A stretch of 64,000 bases of DNA from Octopus vulgaris (GCA_951406725.2 OX597817.1:7564001-7628000), one strand, 5' to 3'; positions 26,547-39,611 are shown, numbered from the stretch's first letter. A program made the numbers and translations. The notes: generated by a model not told the origin, from the letters alone.

Positions 26547-26817
26547 ATATATATATATATATATATATAGTATTTATATTCGTGTGGCATCGTCCGTTTT
26601 TCTGTCCTTGTTTTGTATACATTCGATCCTTTTTCCAAGAAATCTAATGCTCGTAGCTTAGTTTTTCTTTGGGGCTGGCCGGATCGGAGCAATCTCAAGA
26701 TTAATCAGCCGAAATTGCGAGGATGATTCGGTTCTGGACTGAAGATTAGAGGCTTCGAATGACCCGTCCGTTTTTTGTGTCGTCTAATTGAGTGTTTTGC
26801 GTTCTTGTCCTATTTTG

Positions 26818-26859
<42 letters not shown>

Positions 26860-26919
26860 TTTTTATATATATTTTTTATACATATATATATATATATGTA
26901 TAAAAAATATATATAAAAA

Positions 26920-26958
<39 letters not shown>

Positions 26959-27015
26959 TTTTATATATATTTTTTATACATATATATATATATGTATGTA
27001 TAAAAAATATATAAA

Positions 27016-27060
<45 letters not shown>

Positions 27061-27936
27061 GTGTGTGTGTGTTATCGTGTATATATATAGATGCATATAT
27101 GGGTACAGGGCGACACAGATTGTGAACAACATGATGTACGAAAACAAGTGAGTTAAATATGCAAACACCAAGAGAAAAAAGATTGAAAACACGACTAGTA
27201 ACACAGAGAACGACCCTTCAACAGTTATTGGCTCCTCATTTCGAGCATTCAACGACAATATGCGTCTTGGAAGACGGTTTCTCTCATAATTTCTAAAATA
27301 AATTTTGGATTTTGCGGAGGGTCAAAGTTGGGAACAAAAACAAGACAGTGGAGCCAAAGAAGGAAACCGAACAAAAACGAACATGGAGGGTGGTTAGACC
27401 AGAACGGAGGGGAAAATATTGAACGCTGGAAGAAATATTTTCTTTGAAAGAGAAAAAATAGAAGAGAGAGATTGAAGGCGCCCTGTCCCTATAAGGAAAA
27501 GAAAGATGGTCATGTCAGGAAAAGAAATATGGCCGATGGTCACGTGTGAGCAACACGAGAGAGAAAATGAGAAAGAGGTGGAGAGAGAGACGGATAGAAA
27601 ACGCTGAAGGGGAGAAAAAGGTAATTAGAGAAGGAAGGGGTAGAAAACTGTATAGAGAAGAGTCGCATCAAAAAGTTAAGATAAACATATATATATATAA
27701 ACAATTTCCAATTTGAGGCCAACAGTATATTCCGTGTGTTCAGCAGTCTTATAGGATGTGGACTCTGGGCCAACATTTCCAAATATTTTCAAGTAATTTT
27801 TCCCCTTAGTTTCCTACTTCCTGTTATGCAATGCACGTAAGTCTCAACACTCAAACACTCAAGATGGGTGTGTATGTATGTGTGCGTGCGTGTTTTTGTG
27901 TGTACCGTTGCCCTGACATTATGCGATGATTGTAAT

Positions 27937-28147
27937 GCGGCGAGCTGGCATTATCGTTAGCACGTCGGGTGAGATACTTAGCAGTACTTCGTCTGTCTTT
28001 ACGTTCTGAGTTCAAATTCCACCGAGGTCGACTTTGCCTTTCATCCTTTCGGGGCCAATAAAATAAGTACCAGTTGTGTAATTGAGTCGACCTAATAGAC
28101 TGGCCTCCTCCTCAAAAATTTTGGGCCTTGTGCCTAGAGTAGAAAAG
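27937..28147 (+). mobile_element. SINE family B, alternative-tail subfamily
   Basis: gcggcgagctggc..gcctttcatcctttcgggg..aaaattttgggccttgtgcctagagtagaaaaga. Confidence 0.8.
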
Positions 28148-28588
28148 ATCATGTGGTGATTGTAAACGACCATCACCATCATACAAGCAATGTTGCCTGG
28201 ATCTTACCTGCTCCATTCCGTTAAACTATATTTTTGTTCCCATACATAGCAAAACTAGTTGCTAACGGCAAAGTATAAAATAACATTTTTCAACTTATCA
28301 AATTTTGGAATGGTAAATATTTACAACCTTCTACGCCAATAAGCTACTGTTGTTCCTGAAAGTTGTTTTTTTTTAATCCTTAGGGGCTGCTCGAAGTTTA
28401 CTGACTTCCTTCACCTGGATCTTTCGCTCTTACATTTACAAATCATTACATACATACATGCAAACACACATACATTTTTACGATAAGAGAAATATTTTCT
28501 GTACAGTAACTGCAGAGAATTTCCCTTTTAGCAGTTGAAATATGCCACAAGCATATTTTAACTAACCTAAATTTCGTTCATATATACT

Positions 28589-28893
<305 letters not shown>

Positions 28894-28896
<3 letters not shown>

Positions 28897-29099
28897 GGTC
28901 CCGGGTTGAGTCGGGGTTAACCACAGTAAATAAGGTACTCAATACATAGCAGAGTAAATTAATTTATTTTATAGAAGGAGCTTCTACAGGACTAGAACAG
29001 TTTCATTCAAAAGAAATCATCAGGAAATCATCAAGCTTCCTGATGATTTCTTTTGAATGAAACAGTTCTAGTCCTGTAGAAGCTCCTTCTATAAAATAA

Positions 29100-29102
<3 letters not shown>
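28894..29102. mobile_element. Fold-back insert in (TA)n: 69 nt tail plus near-perfect 138 bp palindrome of two outward-facing hammerheads
   Basis: Arms 28963-29026 / 29037-29100 with a single mismatch. Confidence 0.85.
29034..29084 (+). ncRNA. Type I hammerhead ribozyme, canonical core, GUA cleavage site after 29078
   Basis: agcttc CTGATGA t ttc tttt gaa t GAAA cag ttctagtc ctg T A gaagct; 6 bp stem I, 4 bp stem III, U-U at 10.1/11.1. Confidence 0.8.
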
Positions 29103-29177
<75 letters not shown>

Positions 29178-29705
29178 GCAATAAGAAAGAAGGTAGAACG
29201 TAATGGCTGGGTAGATATACAAGTTTTATAGTAGCGCATGTGTTGTAATTTCTCATCTGTTACTTCCTAGTAATATGTATTTTCCTAAGCTCCATGCCTG
29301 TTTGTAAATCTCACCAGGAATCTACTGCTGTGTTATCTTTATTAAAAAATATATCTATTGCTTTATTTACAGCTGCGTTTCCTTCATTAAAAAATATAGC
29401 CGTAACTTTATCTCGTAAAACAGCAGGAGCGGCATTCGAGTGTGATACATATTACGTTATACATACCTGTCTGAATATCGTTGATATTCTAAGCTTCCTG
29501 TAAAGCATTTAAATTCTGTCTGTCCCTTTACACGCCAGTAATAATGTAAAAGACAATATTAGAGACAGGGCTACACAGAGTGAGAAATGAGAGAGGCAGG
29601 TGTGTTGGTTTGATTAGTGACATAAGTGAAATGAATTCGAGCCCATAGACTTCGTAGCTTCTCCCGTTATTATTCATTGCTTAACAGAGTATATTTTTTA
29701 TTTGT

Positions 29706-30090
29706 GGAGGCGCAATGGCCCAGTGGTTAGGGCAGCGGACTCGCGGTCATAGGATCGTGGTTTCGAATCCCAGACCGGGCGTTGTGAGTGTTTATTGAGC
29801 GAAAACACTTAAAAGCTCCACGAGGCTCCGGCAGGGATGGTGGCGATCCCTGCTGTACTCTTTCACCACAACTTTCTCTCACTCATACTTCCTGTTTCTG
29901 TTGTACCTGTATTTCAAGGGGCCGGCCTTGTCACTCTCTGTGTCACGCTGAATATCCCCGAGAACTACGTTAAGGGTGCACGTGTCTGTGGAGTGCTCAG
30001 CCACTTACACGTTAATTTCACGAGCAGGCTGTTCCGTTGATTCGGATCAACCGGAACCCTCGTCGTCGTAACCGACGGAGTGCTTCCACA
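29706..30090 (+). mobile_element. Full-length tRNA-derived SINE family A
   Basis: ggaggcgcaatggcccagtggttagggcagcggactcgcggtc..gtttcgaatcccagacc; imperfect TSD atatttt(tt/c)atttg on both sides. Confidence 0.9.
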
Positions 30091-30494
30091 TATTTTCATT
30101 TGCAAAATAAGCTACAAGAATGTTTGAAATTTTGGCCGAGATTTTAAAAATTCTTCGGAGGATTTTAGATAATTAAAGATTGGAAAATGATATTTGGCAA
30201 GTGTTAGTCGGAATACACTTCTTTAGGTATTGACTAAATATGCAAATTTATACCACACTTTGATATATTTTAAGCTTACGTTTCTAAATCGTTTATTTTA
30301 TAGTAGACCCGAGAAGCAGCACATCGGAAGTTTTTCAAGATGAATTACTTATAACGGTTAACAATGCAAGGCTGAGGCTATCAACAGGATCGTTTTAGCT
30401 ATTGTATTGTATTTCATTTTTTATTTCATCTTGTATATACATATATACATATACATACAAACGTGTGTGTGTGTATGCATGTGTGTGTGTATGT

Positions 30495-30556
<62 letters not shown>

Positions 30557-30570
30557 GTGAGTGTATATAT

Positions 30571-30783
30571 AAATACGAGTTCAGCAAAAGTTTAGATTCA
30601 GATGAATATGCCACTTAAGCTGGGGCACCAGAATTTAGTACGGTATTATCCATACCATTTCAAAATAAGGTGATTAAAATCGAAATAAGCAACAAGAATA
30701 TCCAGGGGTAATGCAGTACAATTGTTTCAAGCAACTCCATTTACTGCATTACCTCTGGATATCCTTGTTGCTTATTTTTATTA
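30571..30783. mobile_element. Fold-back insert between microsatellites: about 110 nt tail plus 36 bp inverted arms, with a hammerhead 3' half
   Basis: Arms 30683-30718 / 30742-30777; reverse complement GAAA caattg TA ctgc at 30713-30728. Confidence 0.6.
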
Positions 30784-30808
30784 TATATATATATAAATAT
30801 ATATATAA

Positions 30809-30896
<88 letters not shown>

Positions 30897-30899
<3 letters not shown>

Positions 30900-31100
30900 A
30901 GTGGTTAGGGCAGCGGACTTGCGGTCGGAGGATCGCGGTTTCGATTCCCAGACCGGGCGTTGTGTGTGTTTATTGAGCGAAAACACCTAAAAGCTCCACG
31001 AGGCTCCGGCAGGGGATGGTGGTGATCCCTGCTGTACTCTTTCACCACTCTAAAGGCGGTGCTCCATCATGGCCGCAGTCAAATGACTGAAACAAGTACA
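30897..31100 (+). mobile_element. 5'-truncated SINE family A joined to a family C 3' tail
   Basis: ..gctgtactctttcaccactc|taaaggcggtgctccatcatggccgcagtcaaatgactgaaacaagta. Confidence 0.8.
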
Positions 31101-31101
31101 A

Positions 31102-31151
<50 letters not shown>

Positions 31152-31869
31152 TATTATAAAAGGCAGATTTTATCTGCCTCCCTTTGAAAGTTATAGAAAT
31201 CTACAATATAGGATTTCTTCAATTACAATTTACCTAGCATTTTTAAGAGTAGAATGCATCGGGTCATGTCAGGTCCGGTTTTTAAAATTTCAACCCCAAT
31301 TAAGCAAAATTTAGAGAAAACTCACATTCTGGTGTATAGGTCAAATGTTTTTCTTAATGTGGGATACACCACACGCAAACGCACACACACACAAAGGGAG
31401 CGACTGTTTCACTGACGCTATCACCCTTCTCCTCCTTTGTCTTTGCAAGTTTGCAGCTATTAAAGTGAAAACAGTGAATCCGACAGCGATTAAGAAAATG
31501 AATTGGTACCTGAATGGAGTGAAAATTTAAAAACTGTTTCTTTCGGTGATTTTTCTGAAGAAACTGCTCCAAGCCACAGACTTTCCCAGAAGAGTATAAA
31601 GCCTTAAACTAGTTCTTTTTACTTTTTCGAATGAGCCTATTTGAAATCATTACGCTAAACGTAAACAAAGCGAAAGAAAGGATAGTTTGTTATTTCTCAC
31701 AACCTTAAATTAAATTAAGGCCTATTTTGCCATAAATATTATTATGGGTATCAGAAAGTTACCCAGAATAACAAATTCTATCGTAAAATTTTGTTGTATA
31801 CCCAATTGAATATTAGCTAATAACCCATTTTCTATAGCAATGTTTGAACAAAATTTTAATAATTTTATA

Positions 31870-32108
31870 TATTGTTGAATTTACCTGTATCTACCTGCAA
31901 TTAGAGTCACTTTGTGACAAAATTTATAGTATAGAATTGGTTGAGAATATTTCATTAAATTATCTTCCAAAAATCAGATTAATATATTGATAAATAAAAA
32001 AGTTATAGTTGTTTAATGAAACCAGACTAAATTTATGATTACGTTAGAAATTAATTGAAACACATAAGGGGTGTAATTTGGTCAGAAATATAGTAACGAA
32101 AGGGTTAA
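31870..32108 (-). mobile_element. piggyBac-type MITE terminus
   Basis: Ends gtaacgaaagggTTAA (TTAA + CCC terminus on the minus strand); the other end was not identified and the left boundary is approximate. Confidence 0.45.
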
Positions 32109-32217
32109 GAAAAACCAAAAAAATATTTTATTCTTTATAAATGTTGTATTCAAAATAACATTTTCTTTTAAGAATGTGTATATAACAAAGTATGTGTATA
32201 TAACTACGTGACTTATA

Positions 32218-32611
32218 TCTTTATATATAAGAGTGAAGTTGTGTGTCTGTCTCCTACGATTTAGATTCGTAACGACTCCCACATTTTGCGGTGCAGTGTA
32301 ACCAAAACCGGGTATCTTATAGTCGTGATTCATATCGAGCCCTTCTGGGTATTAGCGTGCGTCTACGATGAGTCTACGATTTAAAAAAATTTACCATCAT
32401 ATTTTTCCATTTTAATGCATTTTTTTGCTATTATGTAAGGGAAGTAACTCTCTAAAAATATCTACGATGTGTCAACGATTTAAAATGAAATTTACCCTAA
32501 TTTTTTTTCCATTTTTAATGCATTTTTTCCTATTTTTGGCTATAACTCTCTAAAAATGCTTATATATTTATTTCCCTTACAAACCCGAGCAACGCCGGGC
32601 GATACTGCTAG
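32218..32611 (+). mobile_element. Non-autonomous Helitron-like element
   Basis: 5' a|TCtttatatataag; 3' GC-rich hairpin cccgagcaacgccggg then CTAG|t; internal imperfect duplication tctacgatg.gtc.acgatttaaaa. Confidence 0.7.
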
Positions 32612-32642
<31 letters not shown>

Positions 32643-32817
32643 CATATAATTAAGGGCTAAAGAGGGTTATTCTAAAGCCAATACACTGATTTATCCACTT
32701 ATAATCCGCTTGCTACAGGAGAATTGAAACTGAAAACGGGCAACTAATCTTTAGAAAATTTAAATTTCGTTATCTCTATATTGAATCAATTTCGGAATTA
32801 ATCTTATAAAAAAGATA

Positions 32818-32930
32818 TGCAGCGTGGAAGGTGTTTATAAGCCATTATAAGCCACCTTCCACGCTGCAATTGTTTTCGTTTCAGCACAGATCTCAGATCA
32901 AATTACTTGCTATGCGAGTACATCTCCGTA
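32818..32930. mobile_element. Short fold-back (23 bp arms) plus about 60 nt tail abutting (TA)n
   Basis: tgcagcgtggaaggtgtttataa gcca ttataagccaccttccacgctgca, then tail to the (TA)n at 32931. Confidence 0.55.
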
Positions 32931-33865
32931 ATATATATATATATATATAAAGAATAAAGAGGAAATGGAGAGGCAGTTAATAAAGTATTATTTATTAATT
33001 ATAAAATATGACAACATCTCTGACAGCTGTTTCAGAAAAATTCAGAAATATTTAGGTAATCGATTTATAAAATTAAAATGATCATAAGATGAATTGCTTC
33101 AGAAGTAGTAAAGATATGCCGATTAGAAATACATGTTGAGATAACGGCTATAAAACCTAAATGAGGTCTATTTCCTTTACTTGATTATATATATATATAT
33201 ATAATTATAAATTAGGGTATCTCCGAGATACCACCATGCGGAAAATAGCAGCCATGATCTGACTCTAAGACCACCTTAATTGTCCACATATCAACACGGA
33301 GAGAAAACAAAGAGACAAGATGAAACTAGTAAAAAATTACTGGATAATTCTAGATCCCGGATTTCTGACTTTGCATTTAGGAAAGCGGTGTGGTCTCAGG
33401 TTCAATCCCCCCTCCGCGGTATTTTGGGCAAGCAGCTTCCACTATAGTCCAGGACTGACTAAAGCCTTGTGTGTGGATTTACTAGATAGAAACCGAAAGA
33501 ACCCCACAGTGTGTGTGTACGTGTGTGTGCGTGTGTGTACCGCTGTCCTAATACTATGTGTTGATTGTAAACGAGCATCACCATCATACAAGCTATGTTG
33601 CTCGTTTCATTTCTTCTGCGAAAATATTACCTTGCTTGGAAACTGGTGATAGTTGACTGCAGGAAAGGCGTTCGACCGAAAAGAATCTTCCTCAGTGAAT
33701 TCCGTGTGACATAAGCATACATGGAAAAGTGTATGTTGAATAATGATGATGATGATGATGATGTCGTTGTTGAAATTTGGGTAACGACGTTACTTCGCCT
33801 TTCTCCCTACATTACACTATGTACTTATGTATAGCTCAATTATTAATTTCGTACCTTGTTATTGT

Positions 33866-34199
33866 GAAGGCGCATGGCCCACTTGTTAGAGCGTCGAGCT
33901 TGCGATCGTGAGGTTGTGAGTTCAAATCCCGGACCGTGCTGCGTGTTGTGTTCTTGAGCAAGACACTTCAATTCACGTTGCTCCAGTTCACTCATCTGTA
34001 GAAATGAGTTACGACGTCACAAATGCCAAGCTGTATCGACCTTTGCCTTTCCCTTGGATGACATCAGTGGTGTGGAGAGGGGAGGGTGGTATGCTTGGGT
34101 GACTGCTGGTCTTCCAGAGACAACCTTGCCCGGATATATTCCTGGGAGGATAACTTTCTAGGTGCAATCCTATGGTCAGTCATGACCGAAGGGGTTCTC
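33866..34199 (+). mobile_element. tRNA-derived SINE family E
   Basis: gaaggcgcatggcccacttgttagagcg..gagttcaaatcccggacc..gtgttcttgagcaagacactt; reverse copy at 36454-36801. Confidence 0.85.
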
Positions 34200-35081
34200 A
34201 GCAACCGTGTTATTATAAACTGAATCAGTACGACTGATATTTATTTTATTTGTAGAAAGAAGGACGAAGCGAAATAACGTCGAGCTCGATAGAAATTGAA
34301 CGTGTAATATAAGAATGCAATGCTAAATCTTGCAATGACTTTCGACCAGTGTTATATCATACTTGTCATGTCAACTGACCATCCACCACAACTACATAAT
34401 TTTATCAATTTTTTAATGCGACCAGAAAACCAATTTCGTAATGGAGTAAGTTCTGTTGAATAAATTCATTCGCAGAACGATATCACACCTGCTGTTTAAG
34501 ATGAACAATAAAATAATTATCGGTTGGAATTAGAACGTAGAGCAGACAGATTGGTAGTAAAACTTCATACAGTGAAAAAAAAAACATTTTAGTTCAGTAC
34601 TCTATCATGCCTTCCACTGCAGCCCCCACCTGATACGAAAAAAAGTATTGATCCCATTTCTTTCATTGGCTGGTAATCAATAGTAACCAGTCAAGCAACG
34701 GTGCTTGAGGGGCCGGTTTGATTGTTAATCATGGCATTCTAAGGGCAGAGGGTTTGGGATGACTGCTGTTGAGTTATTCTACAATTCTCTGGTTTATGGA
34801 AGGGAAAGTGTGAGATTAGATTTGGCAGCCATTGGTTGTTTTATTACATTTCCTTTTTCGTGCGGTGTTTTTTTTTTATGTGTTATTTTGTTTTATTTTT
34901 ATGTTTGGTGTTCTTGATTCTGTTTTTGTTTTGAATTGCTTTGTTTTGTTTTGTGTTTTTGTGCTTTGCTGTGACTGATTTCGGTATTGGTTTGACAAGT
35001 GCTGTGTTTGGCTTAGTACCGAGATTTAGGAAGTTCTAGAGGGTGGCGATAGAGTTGGCGACTGAGACTACATTTCGACAT

Positions 35082-35497
<416 letters not shown>

Positions 35498-36053
35498 GCT
35501 GTTCTTGGGTTTGTGGGTTTGTAGGTTTTGCTAGTATTGTAGCTGCTCTTACAATTGGAGTTGTTGCTGCTGCTGGGGTTGTTGTAAATGTGTTGTTGTT
35601 ACTGCTGCTGCTGCCGAGGTGGCGGCGGCGGCGGCAGCGGCAGGCAGTGGTTTGGGATTTGGTAGGTAGAGTACATTTTGGTGTAAGCCAGTTGCTAAAA
35701 AAAAAGTTAAACGACTGATGATGAAAAATTATTGAGACGGCAAAACAGTGTGTGTGGTGAAAGAAGTGTTGGTAAAGTAAATGGAACAGCGGAAATGAAG
35801 TCACTAAAGAATTACGATCTGTCAATGAATAGCTTGAAGTATTAGATGAAAGGTGGGGTGAGAGTGGGTGAGTGAAGAGCAGAAGAAAGTCAGTAAAAGA
35901 AATAGATGGTTGCAATAACTGGCATGAGTAAACAATAATGGGAGAGTAGTAAACGTTGAATGCCATAGCAAATCCAGTGGGACACCTCTAAAAACTTCGT
36001 GTAGTTTAACAAAAGTACTTCAGGTGGATGAATTTCTTACTTCACCAAACTAT

Positions 36054-36289
36054 ACCTATTTCTTTACTACCCAAAAGGGACTAAACACAGAAGGGACAAC
36101 CAAGGACAGACAAACGGATTAAGTCGATTATATCAACCCCAGTGCGTAACTGGTACTTATTTTATCGACCCCGAAAGGATGAAAGGCAAAGTCGACCTCG
36201 GCGGAATTTGAACTCAGAACGTAACGGCAGACGAAATACCACTAAGCATTTCGCCCGGCGTGCTAACGGTTCTGCCAGCTCGCCGCCTT
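36054..36289 (-). mobile_element. Full-length SINE family B
   Basis: tacctatttctttactac..cgtgctaacggttctgccagctcgccgcctt. Confidence 0.9.
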
Positions 36290-36453
36290 ATTGATGAAGT
36301 TGTTATTAACACATAGTTGTTAATGAAGATTTTGGTATTTTTGCGGCTTAACCCCAGATAAGCCTTGGTCGGGTTACCCCATGATCATTTGGGTATCTGA
36401 GACTATATTATATAATGTAGTCGTTTCTATATTTAAGACTACATAATTTGAGT

Positions 36454-36801
36454 TGTTGTTGACCCCCTTCGGTCACGACACTGACCATGGGATTGCACCT
36501 AGAATGTTACCCTCCTAGTCACAAGTCTGGGCAAGGTTGTTTATGGAAGACCAGCAGTCGCCCATGCATACCAGCCTCCCCTCTCCACGCCACGCCACCA
36601 GTGTTACCCAAGGGAAAGGCAAAGGGACCGATACATCTTGGCACCTGTGACGTCGCAACTCATTTCTACAGCTGATTGAACTGGAGCAACGGGAAATAAA
36701 GTGTCTTGCTCAAGAACACAACACGCAGCCCGGTCCGGGATTCGAGCTCACATCCTCATGATCGTAAGCTCGACGCTCTAACCACTGAGCCATGCGCCTT
36801 C
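36454..36801 (-). mobile_element. tRNA-derived SINE family E with 12 bp TSD
   Basis: cataatttgagt at 36442-36453 and 36801-36812. Confidence 0.9.
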
Positions 36802-37224
36802 ATAATTTGAGTAGCTATTCTATTATTTAAGAATAGCTTCGTAGGTATCAAGATTTCACTGGACCTGTCAATGGCTCAACACAATGAAGTTACATAATGC
36901 AGCGAGGAAATGTAAACTTAAGTAAAGAACTCCGTTTCAAAGTACTGTTGCTTTTTTATTATTATTTCTTATTTTCGTGCTCTCCTCTCAGCGATCCGCT
37001 CTTTACATTCTCACTGATATACGTCAACCAAAGATAAACACATACATCCATATATATATATAAACATGCACTTATGTATACACACACACGCAGAAGCACG
37101 CACACAAACACACACACATGTGCATATGTATTTATATATGTATGTATATATGTATGTGTCTGTGCCTGTGTTTCCAGCTTCTCTCATACTGTGGTAGATA
37201 GGTGAAATGAGCAACTGCAGAGTG

Positions 37225-38212
37225 TACCAAGATGAGTCAAATTTGTTTAGTATTTCAGGCTGTAATTATTAGTACCAACAAATTTCACATGAAAGGTGTT
37301 TTGTTCATCGGAACATAACCCATCATATTCTATTGTTTGCTGCCACTTTTATGCCAGAACCTCAATTCCATGCTTATACCATTTGGCTGGTTTAGAGGCA
37401 AAACCTCCTTACACCCGTTTTCAACCTCATCCACATTGTTGAACCTCTGTCTGTGCAGGAAAAGAGTCATGGCTCAGAAAAAGGTGGTAATCTGGTGGAG
37501 CAAGTTCTGGACTGTAGACAGGTTGAGGCAGCACTTCCAATACCTTAGGTTCATCAAGTGTGTGCTTGGTCCAATTAGCCATATCCCCCTGCGGCATTGT
37601 CATGCTATAGGTGTGCACATCTTCGACTGACCAATTCCTGGGAGTGGAGTTTCAAAGCGTCACATACTTGCTATAGTTGTTGAACATAAAGGTTACAGTT
37701 CACAGCATGACCACTCAGAACAAGAGCAACACCCCCTCTAAATTTCACCAAACCAACAGTTTGACCTTCTATTCAAATCGCCTTTGTTTGGCAACAAGTT
37801 CTGAAGCCTAGTTGGATTATTAAAATAGGTCCACTCTTCATTTCCAGTAACAAATCGACGCCAAAAACGAGCATCTCGAGGATTCGCTAACAGTTTCATG
37901 GAAATGTTTATATGTCGTTGAGCCTGGTCAAGATCAGTTCATGAGGAGCATCTGTTCACAAGCCCGAGCTTATGGTGGTGCTTATTGGTGCTGTTTTGTG
38001 AAAGACCAATTTCTGCCGACAATGTAAGGGTGTTAATGATTGGTTGTTCTTCAACGATTTCAAGCAAATCTACATCTTCCATTACAGAAGGTCTCCTAGA
38101 TATTGGTTTGTCTTCGAGGATGGTATCCTTCCTTGAAACATCTGAACCAATTTTGTGTCACACGTTCATTGGCAGTGAAAATCTGAAAAACACTTTTGAT
38201 TCAGTCATGTTA
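37225..38212 (-). pseudogene. Decayed mariner (Tc1/mariner) transposon
   Basis: ORF 37427..37618(-) YSPELAPPDYHLF matches the mariner YSPDLAP.D motif; upstream reverse complement reads FWRRFVTGNEE (TGDEKW-like) near 37840-37867 and SRRPS near 38090; possible degenerate TA-flanked TIRs at the stated ends. Confidence 0.8.
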
Positions 38213-39240
38213 TCTTAACCAAAGGAACACCATAATACCACAGTAGAGTATTTGAATGCTTGTGCCATTTCGAGTTAGTCCACTACATTAATAATTACAC
38301 ATCGACTAACATGAACAACCGCAGCAAGAGACAGCATCCACATCAGAGCTTCTCAGAGTCTCAGATCTCATTTTCCCTTGAAATCCTAAGTTTGTTTGTG
38401 TTTTTACTCGATTTTGATTTGCTCTCAAATAATATTTTCGCTGTTGTACTTTTACAGTGGCAATTATTGAAACAATTTATGAACCTGAATTCCTTCACTA
38501 ATTGCGACCAAAGTAAAAAAAGACATCCTTATGTTAATGGTTAATAAAATTTCCGCTTGATTTAATGCTCAAATATTTTACTGGGAAGGTCAAATGCACT
38601 TTATGAAGTGTCATTAGAAGAAAGAAAATAAGATAATGATGAAATTCTCGTAATACAAAACTTCCATTTGATTTAGTGGCCATTTGGGCTTACGAATAGA
38701 GAAATTAGAGAATAAAAAACTGTAAAACAAATTCTTTTATTATTGCCTGAAGTTCACCATAATCACAAAACTTACGACGTCCCTCTTTTTAATCAACATA
38801 TACATAACAGCACAAAAGGCAGATTCAAGCAAATATGTTGTTAAGGAAGACAAGTTACCAGCTGAATGAATTTATATTTAGCGACAATTTGCGCGATATA
38901 ATCACGTGAAGTATGTTTATTTCAATATATTTCATGTTATTTTGAAGAATGGGTAAGCTTTACAAACTTCATTTTGCATGGTCATTAGCTAGAGATGGTC
39001 ATCTTGCCTACCTGGATTGATCAGATCAGCTAATCTGTAGCTCATATTATCATGCAGTCTGGAGAGATGTTCTGTAGTTATGTACATGGTATATGTACAT
39101 AATGTATCACACTTTCTGATACAGATGAGCTGAATGTTATTTCCCATGGCCTAGAACTTACGAAAACAATTCAATTTACTGACAAAATATGTTTTTGTAA
39201 TCCGCGCGAGATATTTAATGGATTTCCGAAAAACATCTGC

Positions 39241-39611
39241 AAGGCGCAGGAGCAGCAGTATGGTAAGTAGCTTGCATACCAACCACATGGTTCCGGGTTC
39301 AGTCCCACTGTGTGGACCTTTGGGCAAGTGTCTTCTACTATAGCCTCGGGCAGACCAAAGCCTCGTGAGTGGATTTGGTATACGGAAACTGAAAGAATCC
39401 CGTCGTATATATGTATATGTATATATATGTGAGTGTGTGTGTTTGTGTGTCTGCGTTTGTCCCCCAACATCGCTTGACAACCGATACTGGTGTGTTTACG
39501 TCCTCGTAACTTAGTGGTTTGGCAAAAGAGACCAATAGAATAAGTACAAAGAATAACTCCTGGCGGTGCCCCAGCATGGCCACAGTCAAATGACTGAAAC
39601 AAGTAAATGAA
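39241..39611 (+). mobile_element. Near full-length SINE family C with internal microsatellite
   Basis: aggcgcaggagc..ggttccgggttcagtcccactg..ccttgggcaagtgtctt..(TA)(TG)..aatgactgaaacaagtaa. Confidence 0.9.

Noticed and set aside
26745-26770. gga CTGAAGA ttagaggcttc GAAT gacccg tcc in a (TA)n-flanked insert
   Set aside because: GAAT instead of GAAA and no convincing stem II or III. The insert (26570-26822) and its neighbour (27070-27545) may be repeat fragments, but I cannot assign them.
29706-29780. tRNA-like sequence with A and B boxes (also at 33866, 36730-36801, 40930-41000)
   Set aside because: Continues into multi-copy SINE bodies with TSDs; these are SINE heads, not tRNA genes.
35520-35650. 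GC-rich (GCT/GGC)n stretch that could encode a homopolymer-rich transcription-factor segment
   Set aside because: Short low-complexity tract adjoining (TA)n with no flanking domain or exon evidence.
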